A stretch of DNA of 64,000 bases, from NCBI GenBank assembly GCA_028715175.1, contig JAQUSJ010000001.1, forward strand, positions 212,550 through 276,549, read 5' to 3'. Positions within the stretch are counted from its first letter, which is position 1. Each line of letters opens with the position of its first letter. This document shows, one piece after another, positions 8,118-16,917 of this stretch. Under the pieces are notes generated by a model, which saw only the letters and a list, made by a program, of their open reading frames with translations, searched no databases and was not told the origin of the DNA. The translations under genes were made by a program, and so were the position numbers. This stretch comes from Candidatus Daviesbacteria bacterium (lineage in GTDB: Bacteria > Patescibacteriota > Microgenomatia > Daviesbacterales > UBA10151).

Positions 8118-9530
8118 ATGCAGAGTCGCACTTTAATTTTGGATTGTAAGAATAAAATAGGCAAAGAAGTTAAAATTTGCGGCTGGGTACATACCAGACG
8201 AGACCACGGCAAGATTCTATTTTTAGATGTTTTGGATAGATCTGGAATCATTCAGGTTGTAGTATCTCCAGACAGTGTCCACCTCGAAGGAGTCAAAGTC
8301 CACCTTCGAGGTGAAGAGTTGCAGGTGCAACGCTACCTGGAAGGTGGGTTGCATGCAATACATCCGCAAGATGTTGTTTGTATAACTGGGAGAGTAAACA
8401 AACGTCCGGAAAACCTTATTAACAAAAATATTCCTACAGGAGAAATAGAGATTTCAGCAAAAGAAATTGAAGTTTTATCTAAAGCGCAGGAGTTACCTTT
8501 TGATATGGGAGGTAAAGACTTAGATTTACAGCTGCCTACTTTACTTGATTATCGCTCCCTTACTTTGCGCCACCCGAAAGTCAAAGCCATTTTTAAAATT
8601 CAAGAAAGTTTACTAGAGGGATTTAGAAAAGCTGCCAAAGATTTGGGATGCACAGAGATTATAGTGCCGACGATTGTGGCAGGAGCGACAGAAGGCGGTG
8701 CGGAAGTTTTTAGAATAGACTATTTTGAACACAAAGCTTACCTTTCCCAAAGTCCCCAACTTTACAAACAAATGCTGGTTCCGGTATACGAGCGGGTTTT
8801 TACCATAGCCAAGGCTTACCGTGCTGAGCCATCAGTGACGACCAGGCATTTGACTGAAAGCACTCAAATGGATGTTGAGATTGGTTTTGTGGAATTTGAA
8901 GAGTTACTGGATATTTTGGAGAATGCAGCGATTAAGATGTTAAAAATCGCTGAAGAAGAATGTAAAGAGATTTTATCCGAGTTTGGAGTGGAGAAGACTG
9001 CTTTTGGCTCGCCTCGCTCCGCGGGCGGAGCGGGCAAAATTCCCAGGCTTACTTTAAGGGAAGCGCAAGATATTCTCTTAAAAGAATTTGGGCGGGACAA
9101 CAGAAAGGAAAAAGATCTAACGCCGCAGGATGAAGCAGATCTTTGTAAATGGGCAAAGAAAAGTCACGGTAGTGATTTTGTGACGGTGACACATTTTCCC
9201 ACCAATGCCAAACCATTTTACACAATGCCGGATCCGAAAAATCCGGAATATTCCTTAAGTTATGATTTATTATTCAGGGGAGTGGAAATTATGAGCGGCA
9301 GTCAGAGGATTAATGATTATCAACAGTTGGTTGATTCAATCAAATCAAGAGGTATGGATCCAAAATCTTTTGAGATGTATTTGCAGGCTTTTAAATTTGG
9401 TATGCCTCCGGAAGGTGGATTCTCCTTTGGGTTGGAAAGAATTACTATGCATGTTTTGAATTTAGCTAATGTTAGAGAAGCCAGTCTTTTCCCGAGAGAT
9501 ATGGAAAGAGTAGACACCAGGTTGAGATGA
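8118..9530 (+). CDS. aspS: aspartate--tRNA ligase, class IIb archaeal/eukaryotic type (AsnRS not excluded)
   Basis: OB-fold N-terminus (KICGWVHTRRDHGKILF), QSPQLYKQ, class II motifs (AYRAE, GSQR); true start probably the ATG at 8118 (MQSRTLIL...) rather than the ORF-track start at 8076. Confidence 0.75.
   Translation: MQSRTLILDCKNKIGKEVKICGWVHTRRDHGKILFLDVLDRSGIIQVVVSPDSVHLEGVKVHLRGEELQVQRYLEGGLHAIHPQDVVCITGRVNKRPENLINKNIPTGEIEISAKEIEVLSKAQELPFDMGGKDLDLQLPTLLDYRSLTLRHPKVKAIFKIQESLLEGFRKAAKDLGCTEIIVPTIVAGATEGGAEVFRIDYFEHKAYLSQSPQLYKQMLVPVYERVFTIAKAYRAEPSVTTRHLTESTQMDVEIGFVEFEELLDILENAAIKMLKIAEEECKEILSEFGVEKTAFGSPRSAGGAGKIPRLTLREAQDILLKEFGRDNRKEKDLTPQDEADLCKWAKKSHGSDFVTVTHFPTNAKPFYTMPDPKNPEYSLSYDLLFRGVEIMSGSQRINDYQQLVDSIKSRGMDPKSFEMYLQAFKFGMPPEGGFSFGLERITMHVLNLANVREASLFPRDMERVDTRLR
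8280..8313. repeat. dispersed hairpin repeat, copy inside aspS (CACCTCGAAGG-AGTCAAAGTCCA-CCTTCGAGGTG), in frame, encoding ...HLEGVKVHLRGE...
   Basis: 11-bp inverted repeat with 12-nt loop; both arms carry a compensatory change relative to the other copies (G>A paired with C>T). Confidence 0.7.
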
Positions 9531-10459
9531 GATACTATTTATATTCCGCCGGTTTGATTATTCTGGCAATAATTATCACAACAGCGATCCCATTCGTGGT
9601 AGAGTTTAGTGAAAATGAATTAATAAGTTCGGCTATCCCTTTAAATAATTCAAGCGTTGCCGGTATTCAGAAATATAATATTCCACCGGTTGTTGGCAGT
9701 TTACCGGTTCCAATCGTTTCTGCCCGCGCAGTTTTTATTGAGGATTTGGCGACTAATACAATCCTTTACCAGAAAGATGCTGACACTCCGCTTCCAATTG
9801 CATCTACTACAAAGATTATGACAGCTCTTGTTGGAGTAGAATATTTTAAACAAAATTCCATACTAACTATTGGAAGCAGCGCAAATATCCCCGGTTCCCG
9901 GGTAGGTTTAGTTTCCGGAGAAAATCTTAGCTTTAGATCATTGCTTTACGGTATGCTGTTGAATTCCGGTAATGATGCTGCTTTTGCTTTGGCAGAGAAT
10001 TACCCGGGCGGAGTTTTGAGTTTTATATCGGCAATGAATAAAAAAGTTTTAGAGCTAAATTTGCATAGTACCCACTTCGACAACCCTGCAGGCTTTGATA
10101 GCCCAAATCATTACTCTTCCGCAGCAGATCTTGCTAAAATTACAAAAGAAGCCTTAAAAAATTCCCAACTGGCAAGAATTTTTGCGACCAAAGAAACGAA
10201 TATAGTTTCTTTAGATAAAAGATATTCCCATCAATTATTTAATCTTAATAAATTACTAACCCAGATTAATGGGGTTTTAGGAATAAAGACCGGCACTACT
10301 GATCAAGCCAAAGAGAATTTAGTGACGTTGATCGAAAGGGACGGACATCGGGTTTTGATAATAATTCTCGGAAGCAATGACCGGTTTGGCGAAACTACGA
10401 GATTAATAGACTGGACTTATACGAATGTTACTTGGCCGGAGACTGAAACTCCCCGCTGA
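9527..10459 (+). CDS. dacA: D-alanyl-D-alanine carboxypeptidase (peptidase S11, PBP5-like)
   Basis: Active-site serine motif (ASTTKIMTAL) and SGN motif (LLNSGNDAA). Confidence 0.75.
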   Translation: MRYYLYSAGLIILAIIITTAIPFVVEFSENELISSAIPLNNSSVAGIQKYNIPPVVGSLPVPIVSARAVFIEDLATNTILYQKDADTPLPIASTTKIMTALVGVEYFKQNSILTIGSSANIPGSRVGLVSGENLSFRSLLYGMLLNSGNDAAFALAENYPGGVLSFISAMNKKVLELNLHSTHFDNPAGFDSPNHYSSAADLAKITKEALKNSQLARIFATKETNIVSLDKRYSHQLFNLNKLLTQINGVLGIKTGTTDQAKENLVTLIERDGHRVLIIILGSNDRFGETTRLIDWTYTNVTWPETETPR

Positions 10460-11501
10460 TTGCAGCAACATATGCAACAAAATTTGGACCTTCAAAAATA
10501 AATATTGGCTGTAAATATGGACTATACTCATCCGACAGAAAGTAACCAAGATATATAGAGGTTATAGAAACTTGTGGACTTTTCGGTTCAGAGATTACTA
10601 CGCCTTTCCCGCTTTTTAGATCTTCAAATGCAACTTCAGCTTCTTTAATCGGGTATGTTGCAAAGGTTGAGGTATCAATGGGGTAGTAGATGAAATCTAA
10701 AGACAAATAATAATCTAGCTTGTCGGCGCTGCCTGAAACAACTGCATTTACTAAAGATTTATCAAAATCGGCTGTAAAAATTGATTTTTTATCGATAGGG
10801 GAAGGCCAAAGTGAAATTTGAGCAGCAACAGCTTCCGATCTAAGTTGGGTTGGTATTAGCGCCTCTCCGGCATTTTTCAAAAAGGTTACTTTGGTTCTGC
10901 CGGTTTTGAGGTCGTCTTTCATTACTCCCAAAGTTGTGAGAGTTTGCTCAAAATCAGATACCAATTTATTATCGTTATCTAAGTTTACCTTTCCTGATAT
11001 TGTTGCTTCATTTCTGTATGAAAAGTTGCCTGAGTCTAGCTCAACAGTTAATGTTTTATTGCGAAGCAAGGAGGTTGCTTCATTTTGGTCAGTATATTTG
11101 TATTTTGTATCGCTTAAAATCTCCGGTGGAGCTACCAGGCCGAAATTTGCAGCTAAAGCCGAAGATCTGTCTGCAGAAAGGAATGTGGCAAAAGTTTGGG
11201 TGACGAAATAGACTTTAGTTATTTTTTCAAAACCGGAATCAACCCCTATTTTAGGTAAACCGCCTGTTGTTGTATCCAGCGAGTAGGAGAAATTTGATGT
11301 GGACACTTTGCTTTTTGGAAAATTAACTGGTGGGAGCGGGCCAAATCTGATGTCCGGTTTTTCTTCAACAGGCGGCAGATGAGCCAAATAATATGCATAC
11401 CACATTCGATAACCTATAAAACTGATTGTACCCAACACCAGTGCAATTATTGATACAGTTACAACTTGTCTTACGATGGCAGCAGTTTGAGTTAGAGTCA
11501 T
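10428..11501 (-). CDS. hypothetical membrane-anchored extracytoplasmic protein
   Basis: Probable start at the internal ATG (MTLTQTAAIVRQVVTVSIIALVLG...) giving one N-terminal TM; the ORF-track start at 11789 would overlap gltX. Confidence 0.5.
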   Translation of the reverse strand: MTLTQTAAIVRQVVTVSIIALVLGTISFIGYRMWYAYYLAHLPPVEEKPDIRFGPLPPVNFPKSKVSTSNFSYSLDTTTGGLPKIGVDSGFEKITKVYFVTQTFATFLSADRSSALAANFGLVAPPEILSDTKYKYTDQNEATSLLRNKTLTVELDSGNFSYRNEATISGKVNLDNDNKLVSDFEQTLTTLGVMKDDLKTGRTKVTFLKNAGEALIPTQLRSEAVAAQISLWPSPIDKKSIFTADFDKSLVNAVVSGSADKLDYYLSLDFIYYPIDTSTFATYPIKEAEVAFEDLKSGKGVVISEPKSPQVSITSIYLGYFLSDEYSPYLQPIFIFEGPNFVAYVAAISGEFQSPAK

Positions 11502-11516
11502 AAGTAAAAGTTCAAT

Positions 11517-12872
11517 GTGATCGCATACTATTATTATACAAGAATGGGAGATATAATAATCTGTGTGAAAATTAAAACTAGATTTGCGCCTTCCCCAACC
11601 GGAGTATTGCATATCGGGGGGGTTAGAACTGCGCTTTATGCATATTTGGTGGCCAAAAAAGCCGGCGGAGTTTTTTCGTTGCGGATTGAGGATACTGACA
11701 GGGCAAGGTTTGTAGAAGGCGCGACAGAAGATATTATTAAAACACTCAAATGGCTGGGACTCACATTTGACGGGGAGCCAATTTATCAATCCAGGAGAGT
11801 AGATTTATACAAAGAACAGGTAGAAAAACTGGTTGACTGCGGTAAAGCTTATGAAAAAGACGGGGCTGTCTGGTTTAAGGTCCAATTAAGCGGTAAAACT
11901 TCAATTGTTGATTTGGCGGGAGGAAGGAAAATTGAATTTGAAAATTCCACCCAAAAAGATTTCGTAATTTTAAAATCCGACGGTTACCCGACTTATCATC
12001 TGGCCCATGTAGTTGATGACCATTTAATGGAAACGAACCCTGTTATCAGGGGGGCGGAGTGGATTTCTTCAGTTCCAAAACATATCCAGCTTTTTGAGGC
12101 TTTCGGCTGGGAAATACCGCAATATGCGCATTTGCCTATTATTCTGGGGACTGACCGGTCAAAACTTTCCAAAAGGCACGGCGCCAAACCGGCATCCGAG
12201 TTTCGCGAAGATGGATTTTTAGCGGAAGCGATTTTAAATTATATGGCTTTACTTGGTTGGACACCGCCTTCAGGGAAAGAAATTTTGACACTTTCGGAAA
12301 TGGTTAAAGAATTTGATTTATCTGATGTTAATAGCGCAAATCCTATTTTTGACATTACAAAACTTGAATGGATGAACGGGGAATACATCAGGAAATCTCA
12401 AATCTCAAATCTCAAATCTCAAATTTTGGAATACTTAAAGGATCTTGCTGGGGGGGTTATGCCGGATCACCCAACAGAAGAAGAGTTAGAAAAAGTTGCA
12501 CCGCTTGTTAAAGACCGGATTAAAAAACTGTCTGATTTTATACCTTTAACAGATTTTCTCTGGGAGAAAGTAGAATATGATAAAGAAATTTTTAACAGAT
12601 TAAAGATTGATGATTTACGATTAAAGATGGAGAAAGTTCTGAAAAAAATGGGAGATATGGAAAAGCCATGGAAGGCAGACATGTTTGAAAAAACTTTTAG
12701 AGGGTTGGCAGACGAGATGGGGGTAAAAGCAGGGGATATGTTCCAATTAATTAGGGTGGCAATTTCTGGTCAAACTGTCACACCCCCTCTTTTTGAGAGT
12801 ATAGAGATTATAGGCGAGGAGGAAATTGTGAAAAGAATAAAAGCAGCAATAGAATTTTTACAAACTACTTAA
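11517..12872 (+). CDS. gltX: glutamate--tRNA ligase
   Basis: FAPSPTGVLHIGG (HIGH region) and KLSKR motif; start may be the downstream ATG (MGDII..., 11544). Confidence 0.85.
   Translation: MIAYYYYTRMGDIIICVKIKTRFAPSPTGVLHIGGVRTALYAYLVAKKAGGVFSLRIEDTDRARFVEGATEDIIKTLKWLGLTFDGEPIYQSRRVDLYKEQVEKLVDCGKAYEKDGAVWFKVQLSGKTSIVDLAGGRKIEFENSTQKDFVILKSDGYPTYHLAHVVDDHLMETNPVIRGAEWISSVPKHIQLFEAFGWEIPQYAHLPIILGTDRSKLSKRHGAKPASEFREDGFLAEAILNYMALLGWTPPSGKEILTLSEMVKEFDLSDVNSANPIFDITKLEWMNGEYIRKSQISNLKSQILEYLKDLAGGVMPDHPTEEELEKVAPLVKDRIKKLSDFIPLTDFLWEKVEYDKEIFNRLKIDDLRLKMEKVLKKMGDMEKPWKADMFEKTFRGLADEMGVKAGDMFQLIRVAISGQTVTPPLFESIEIIGEEEIVKRIKAAIEFLQTT
12393..12424 (+). repeat. tandem heptanucleotide repeat (AAATCTC) x4.5 inside gltX, translated SQISNLKSQISNLKSQ
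   Basis: Direct reading of the sequence. Confidence 0.7.
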
Positions 12873-12891
12873 AGTTGCGCAGCTCATAGTT

Positions 12892-13278
12892 TTGTGGTAT
12901 ATTCCGACCATGGAAGATTCAAGGTGGTTTCGGTTAATAACAATAGGGTTAATATTGGCAGCTTTGGCTGTCGGCTATTTTTTATTGAGCGGTCGGTTGA
13001 CTTCAAACAGTTTTATAAAAACAAAGTCCCAAACAACTAATGTAGTATCCGAAACAGCAAGCGCCACCCCGTCAGCATCAGTTTTGGGACAAGATGTACA
13101 GACTACTCCAACATCCAGCCCCAGGCAGACACCATCATCGGCATATGACAGGATAGCAAACCGCACACAAAATCAGGTCCAGACATTGCCGAAAACCGGT
13201 TTTTCACAAGTTCTGGCCGGAATTTTTTCAGTCGGGATTATGATTTCCGGCTGGGGCCTAAGACGATTTCCTCGTTAG
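12892..13278 (+). CDS. small secreted S/T/P-rich protein with C-terminal LPXTG sortase signal (LPKTG, hydrophobic stretch, RRFPR tail)
   Basis: N-terminal TM/signal segment, low-complexity middle, canonical sorting signal at the C-terminus. Confidence 0.55.
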   Translation: MWYIPTMEDSRWFRLITIGLILAALAVGYFLLSGRLTSNSFIKTKSQTTNVVSETASATPSASVLGQDVQTTPTSSPRQTPSSAYDRIANRTQNQVQTLPKTGFSQVLAGIFSVGIMISGWGLRRFPR

Positions 13279-13319
13279 TTTCCTAGATCAAAAATTGGTA
13301 TAATTTCCAAGGTAAGTAT

Positions 13320-13416
13320 TGCGGGATCGCCCGCCTGCAACGCTATGCCCGCTCGCATCGATATGCGAAGCGTTTCGGGCGAGCGTAGCATTGCGGGCAG
13401 GTCTAACGGTAGGACC
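13320..13416 (+). other. structured GIY-YIG leader containing two degenerate copies of the tRNA-Gln 5' end (13320-13329 TGCGGGATCG; 13392-13416 TGCGGGCAGGTCTAACGGTAGGACC) plus nested GC hairpins
   Basis: 22/26 identity of the second fragment to positions 1-26 of the downstream tRNA-Gln; an extended -10 box (TGGTATAAT) sits at about 13295-13303. Confidence 0.55.
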
Positions 13417-13656
13417 ATGTTTTATACTTATGTTTTAAAAAGCAAAAAGGATGGTAAGCTTTATATTGGATGGAGCGTTGATCTTAAGCATCGTGTTGAA
13501 CAGCATAGTAAAGGTTTAGTAAGAGCCACCAAGGATCGATTACCTATGGAACTCATATATTATGAAGCCTGTTTGAGTGAGAGTAATGCTATTTCCAGAG
13601 AGAAGCAATTAAAAACAGGTTTTGGTAGAGCTTATCTAAAAAGAAGATTAGGTTAA
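13417..13656 (+). CDS. GIY-YIG domain nuclease (small UPF0213-type)
   Basis: YTYVLKS...GKLYIGWSVDLKHRVEQH...E motifs (GIY-YIG); start set at the ATG right after the tRNA-like fragment. Confidence 0.7.
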   Translation: MFYTYVLKSKKDGKLYIGWSVDLKHRVEQHSKGLVRATKDRLPMELIYYEACLSESNAISREKQLKTGFGRAYLKRRLG

Positions 13657-13663
13657 TTAATAA

Positions 13664-13737
13664 TGCGGGATCGTCTAATGGTAGGACAACAGGCTCTGAA
13701 CCTGTTTATCTAGGTCCGACTCCTAGTCCCGCAGCCA
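13664..13737 (+). tRNA. tRNA-Gln (anticodon CUG)
   Basis: Hand-folded cloverleaf: acceptor TGCGGGA/TCCCGCA (U1:A72 as in bacterial tRNA-Gln), D stem GTCT/GGAC, anticodon stem ACAGG/CCTGT with loop CUCUGAA, T arm CTAGG-TCCGACT-CCTAG, discriminator G, encoded CCA. Confidence 0.85.
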
Positions 13738-13773
13738 AGTAGGGCACCCCAAGGTGACCGTACTTTTAAATTC

Positions 13774-14463
13774 ATGAGTAAAGTTAAAGAAATACGTTTT
13801 TGTGTTGGTAGTAAGAATAAAATGTCTTCATTAGTTTGGAAGATGTTTATAAATAACGAAGATGTGTATCTACTTGCAAGACAAATGGGTGGTTCTTGGA
13901 AGATTAGCCTACATAAAAGTGGAATATGTAGAGTTGCATTTAAACAAGAACTAGAAAAAGGTAAGGATAGACTTGTACTAAAATGGGATAAAGTTTATGT
14001 TGAAGATACTATATCTCCAAATATTGCGATTTTAGTTCCCCATGTTGACATAACTAAGGCGTTAAACAAAAATATTGAAAGTAGATTAAATAAAGATATT
14101 TTGTATATTGATTCCCCGTCAAATGATGAGAAAGTAGTTGTTAAAGTTTTTTACACAAAAAATGATGGAGTTGATTTAGAAAGTAAGTTGCCGGCTTCTC
14201 ATAAAAAACTTTTCCAATATGCACTTAAGAATGGTGAGGTAGTTTATTTGATTGCTTGGAAAGAAAAATTACAGGATGCCGAAATAACACAGCTTCGAGA
14301 TCAGGTATCAAAATTCCAAGTAAATGTCACTTCAGAAGAAGCTAAAAGTAAAATAGATACCGTTTTTGCTGTGTGGATAAACGAAGGTACGCAACAAACT
14401 CACCAACAACCTACTATAGTAAACTATCCATTAGGATATGAGCACTTAAAGGTTTCGTTATAA
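13774..14463 (+). CDS. hypothetical protein (no recognisable domain)
   Basis: 229-aa ORF immediately downstream of tRNA-Gln; AT-rich. Confidence 0.5.
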   Translation: MSKVKEIRFCVGSKNKMSSLVWKMFINNEDVYLLARQMGGSWKISLHKSGICRVAFKQELEKGKDRLVLKWDKVYVEDTISPNIAILVPHVDITKALNKNIESRLNKDILYIDSPSNDEKVVVKVFYTKNDGVDLESKLPASHKKLFQYALKNGEVVYLIAWKEKLQDAEITQLRDQVSKFQVNVTSEEAKSKIDTVFAVWINEGTQQTHQQPTIVNYPLGYEHLKVSL

Positions 14464-14642
14464 TGATACAAAGGTTCTAGACCGATACGCTCAGCAAAAG
14501 CTCGGTTCACTGTGCTCTTCCGCAGCCCAAAGAATGAAGGAGGAAATCCTAGTCTTGAGCGGCTGCACACTTTAGGTATCTGTGTATCCAATATAATTTT
14601 AGACTGATGCAAAATTGGATACTTCTGATATAATCCCTAATT

Positions 14643-15314
14643 GTGATTACGGAGTTTAACAGAGGACCTCAGCCCGTTAGTCTTGAGCATCAAGAGGTTG
14701 TAGAAAGACTAATTTCCTTTTCCAAGGTTGCTAATGCAGGATATTTTGATGAGTATGGTGTATTTGGGTTAGTACCAACTAACCGACCTACAACTTTAGA
14801 AAACCGTAGAGAATATTGGACTTTAGATCTTTTAGAATTTACCTCTGCCGAGGATAGACTTTGGATTGGAAGAAAGGGTTTAATGGTTGTATTTGGAGGA
14901 AGAGTGGGAAATGCAAGCGGAATGGAAATAGAACAAATGGCAGCCGGGAGACCTCGTCATATTTTAACTGCGGGAGATGTAAGAGAGATTAACCCATATA
15001 GGCGTTTTGAGGCTGTTGTACCTGAATCAGGATGGTTGTTTAGCATACATGCAGCCCTGAGGCAGCGTTTGTATGCTGGTTTAAGAGATGAAGATTTAGA
15101 AAAAATTTTGATGGGAGTAGAAGTAGGAAAGGAACCTCCGTTTTTTGATGACCATATCTATACCAAAGTTGAACCAGGACACGAAGGGAAAAGAGTGCAA
15201 GTTCTACCTTTTCATCCACAAAATGATGCAGTTGTTATAGATACGGAGACCAGGAAATTAATCCCAGTCCACAATGCTGCTATATTGTCAGAGGCCAGAT
15301 GGACAAAACAATAA
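14643..15314 (+). CDS. hypothetical protein (no recognisable domain)
   Basis: 223-aa ORF with GTG start; a TATAAT-like box at about 14628. Confidence 0.5.
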   Translation: MITEFNRGPQPVSLEHQEVVERLISFSKVANAGYFDEYGVFGLVPTNRPTTLENRREYWTLDLLEFTSAEDRLWIGRKGLMVVFGGRVGNASGMEIEQMAAGRPRHILTAGDVREINPYRRFEAVVPESGWLFSIHAALRQRLYAGLRDEDLEKILMGVEVGKEPPFFDDHIYTKVEPGHEGKRVQVLPFHPQNDAVVIDTETRKLIPVHNAAILSEARWTKQ

Positions 15315-15438
15315 CTACAAATTATTTATAAACTACAGTTTTGACCTTGATGCAAGATTATCGTTATAAGGACTAAGAAGTCTCTAAACTGGCCTGCTCA
15401 GCTTTTTAAATTTGCTAATATTTTGCTAATATGAATAC

Positions 15439-15606
15439 ATGTCTTCAAAAGTTCTAGTATATTTAGGTATGATTATTGGTTCCATTATAGGAGGGTATAT
15501 ACCAACATTATTTGGAGCAGGTTTAATTTCCTACACTTCAGTATTATTTAGCGGAATTGGTGCGATATTAGGAGCTTGGATTGGCTACAAATTAAGTAAT
15601 TTTTGA
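15439..15606 (+). CDS. small two-TM membrane protein (55 aa, glycine-zipper-like GxxxG repeats)
   Basis: ATG...TGA ORF below the ORF-track size cutoff, translated by hand: MSSKVLVYLGMIIGSIIGGYIPTLFGAGLISYTSVLFSGIGAILGAWIGYKLSNF. Confidence 0.35.
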   Translation: MSSKVLVYLGMIIGSIIGGYIPTLFGAGLISYTSVLFSGIGAILGAWIGYKLSNF

Positions 15607-15655
15607 GTAAAAAGTTCCAACTTTCAAATATTTTAACTTCTGGTATACTTTCATT

Positions 15656-16357
15656 ATGATTAATGATAAAAAGATTGGGATAATTGGTGGAGTTGGTCCT
15701 CAGTCAACGGATTTTATTTATGAGAAGATAATCCAGTTTTCTCAATCCAAGTATGGCGCTAAAGATAATGCTGATTATCCAAGACTGGTTATTGAGTCAG
15801 TTCCCATACCAGACTTTATTTCAAATAAAGATCATATAGAAGTGGCTAAAGAAATGTTAATTGATGCTGCAAAATCCTTATCTAATGCAGGAGCAACAAG
15901 GCTTTGCATTGGAAGTAATACGGTCCATATATTATTGGAAGAGTTAAGGACACAGACAGAAGTTCCTTTTATATCAATGATTGAGCTTGTTGCTAAAAAA
16001 TGTATAAACAGCGGTTTTAAGAAAGTAGGCGTTCTTGGGACTCCTGTCCTGATACAATCAAATCTGTATACTAGAGAACTGAAGAAAAATGACATTGAAA
16101 TTATTGCTCCGTCAGAGGAGCAACTAAAAATAGTTGAAGAAATTATAAGACATATCCTTGCCGGATCTAAAAGCGAGGATCAGAAAAAAGCATATATTGA
16201 TGTTCTTAATGATCTATTTAGCAAGGGTGCAGAGGCAATAATATTAGGGTGTACTGAGCTGCCTCTTGCCGTAAATTATGAAGCATTAGGCAACAGAACA
16301 ATTAACTCAGACGAAGTCTTAGCTGAAGGTATAGTCGATTACTACTATTCTGGATGA
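15656..16357 (+). CDS. aspartate/glutamate racemase family protein
   Basis: KIGIIGGVGPQST N-terminus and second catalytic Cys region (LGCTELPL). Confidence 0.75.
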   Translation: MINDKKIGIIGGVGPQSTDFIYEKIIQFSQSKYGAKDNADYPRLVIESVPIPDFISNKDHIEVAKEMLIDAAKSLSNAGATRLCIGSNTVHILLEELRTQTEVPFISMIELVAKKCINSGFKKVGVLGTPVLIQSNLYTRELKKNDIEIIAPSEEQLKIVEEIIRHILAGSKSEDQKKAYIDVLNDLFSKGAEAIILGCTELPLAVNYEALGNRTINSDEVLAEGIVDYYYSG

Positions 16358-16460
16358 TTTAAGTAATAAGTTTCTACATATTCAATCAGCACTAGTAGCA
16401 TTTTGGTCTTTAAAATAGGATCTTTTTAATGCTTTATGACAGTAGTATAATTAACCCGCT

Positions 16461-16703
16461 ATGAAAGTAAAAAAGTTAGATTATTTAATTAAATTAACCT
16501 ACGATAAGGTTTATAAAGGCTATGTGGCTGATGTAGTTAATTTATATGGTTGTATGTCTCAAGGCAGAACGAAAGAAGAAGCTTTAGCCAATATAGAAAA
16601 AGCAATTAAAGCCTATATGAAAGTAATGAATCTAAAAAGAGATAAAAACTCTGAGTTTAGAGAAAAATCAGTTGATACCCCATATCCTGTACTAAATGCC
16701 TAA
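16461..16703 (+). CDS. hicB: HicB-family antitoxin (UPF0150)
   Basis: YVADVVNLYGCMSQGRTKEEALANIEKAIKAY resembles the HicB N-terminal RNase H-like fold; overlaps hicA by 8 nt. Confidence 0.6.
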   Translation: MKVKKLDYLIKLTYDKVYKGYVADVVNLYGCMSQGRTKEEALANIEKAIKAYMKVMNLKRDKNSEFREKSVDTPYPVLNA

Positions 16704-16917
16704 GTTAACAAATATTTCAGGGAAAGAGGCTGTTAAAGCTTTTACAAAGTTTGGATATGCACATGTTCATACATCAGGAGATCATGCTATTCTGCAAAAA
16801 ATCGGATCACCAACGCTTTCGATACCATTACATAAAGAAGTAGCACCCTTTTTGCTAAAAGCTCAAGTAAAAAGAGCAAGCATTCCTCTAGAAGATTACA
16901 TTAAGGTTTTGAAATGA
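16696..16917 (+). CDS. hicA: HicA-family mRNA interferase toxin
   Basis: KEAVKAFTKFGYAHVHTSGDHAIL matches the HicA dsRBD-like motif (GSH). Confidence 0.6.
   Translation: MPKLTNISGKEAVKAFTKFGYAHVHTSGDHAILQKIGSPTLSIPLHKEVAPFLLKAQVKRASIPLEDYIKVLK

Noticed and set aside
10891-11211. Plus-strand ORFs antisense to the hypothetical membrane protein (10891..11211, 11000..11203)
   Set aside because: Shadow ORFs within a longer, better-supported minus-strand gene.
15410-15431. TTGCTAATAT x2 direct repeat upstream of the 55-aa membrane ORF, considered as promoter
   Set aside because: Hexamer spacing does not fit a sigma70 -35/-10 arrangement; likely a trivial AT-rich duplication.
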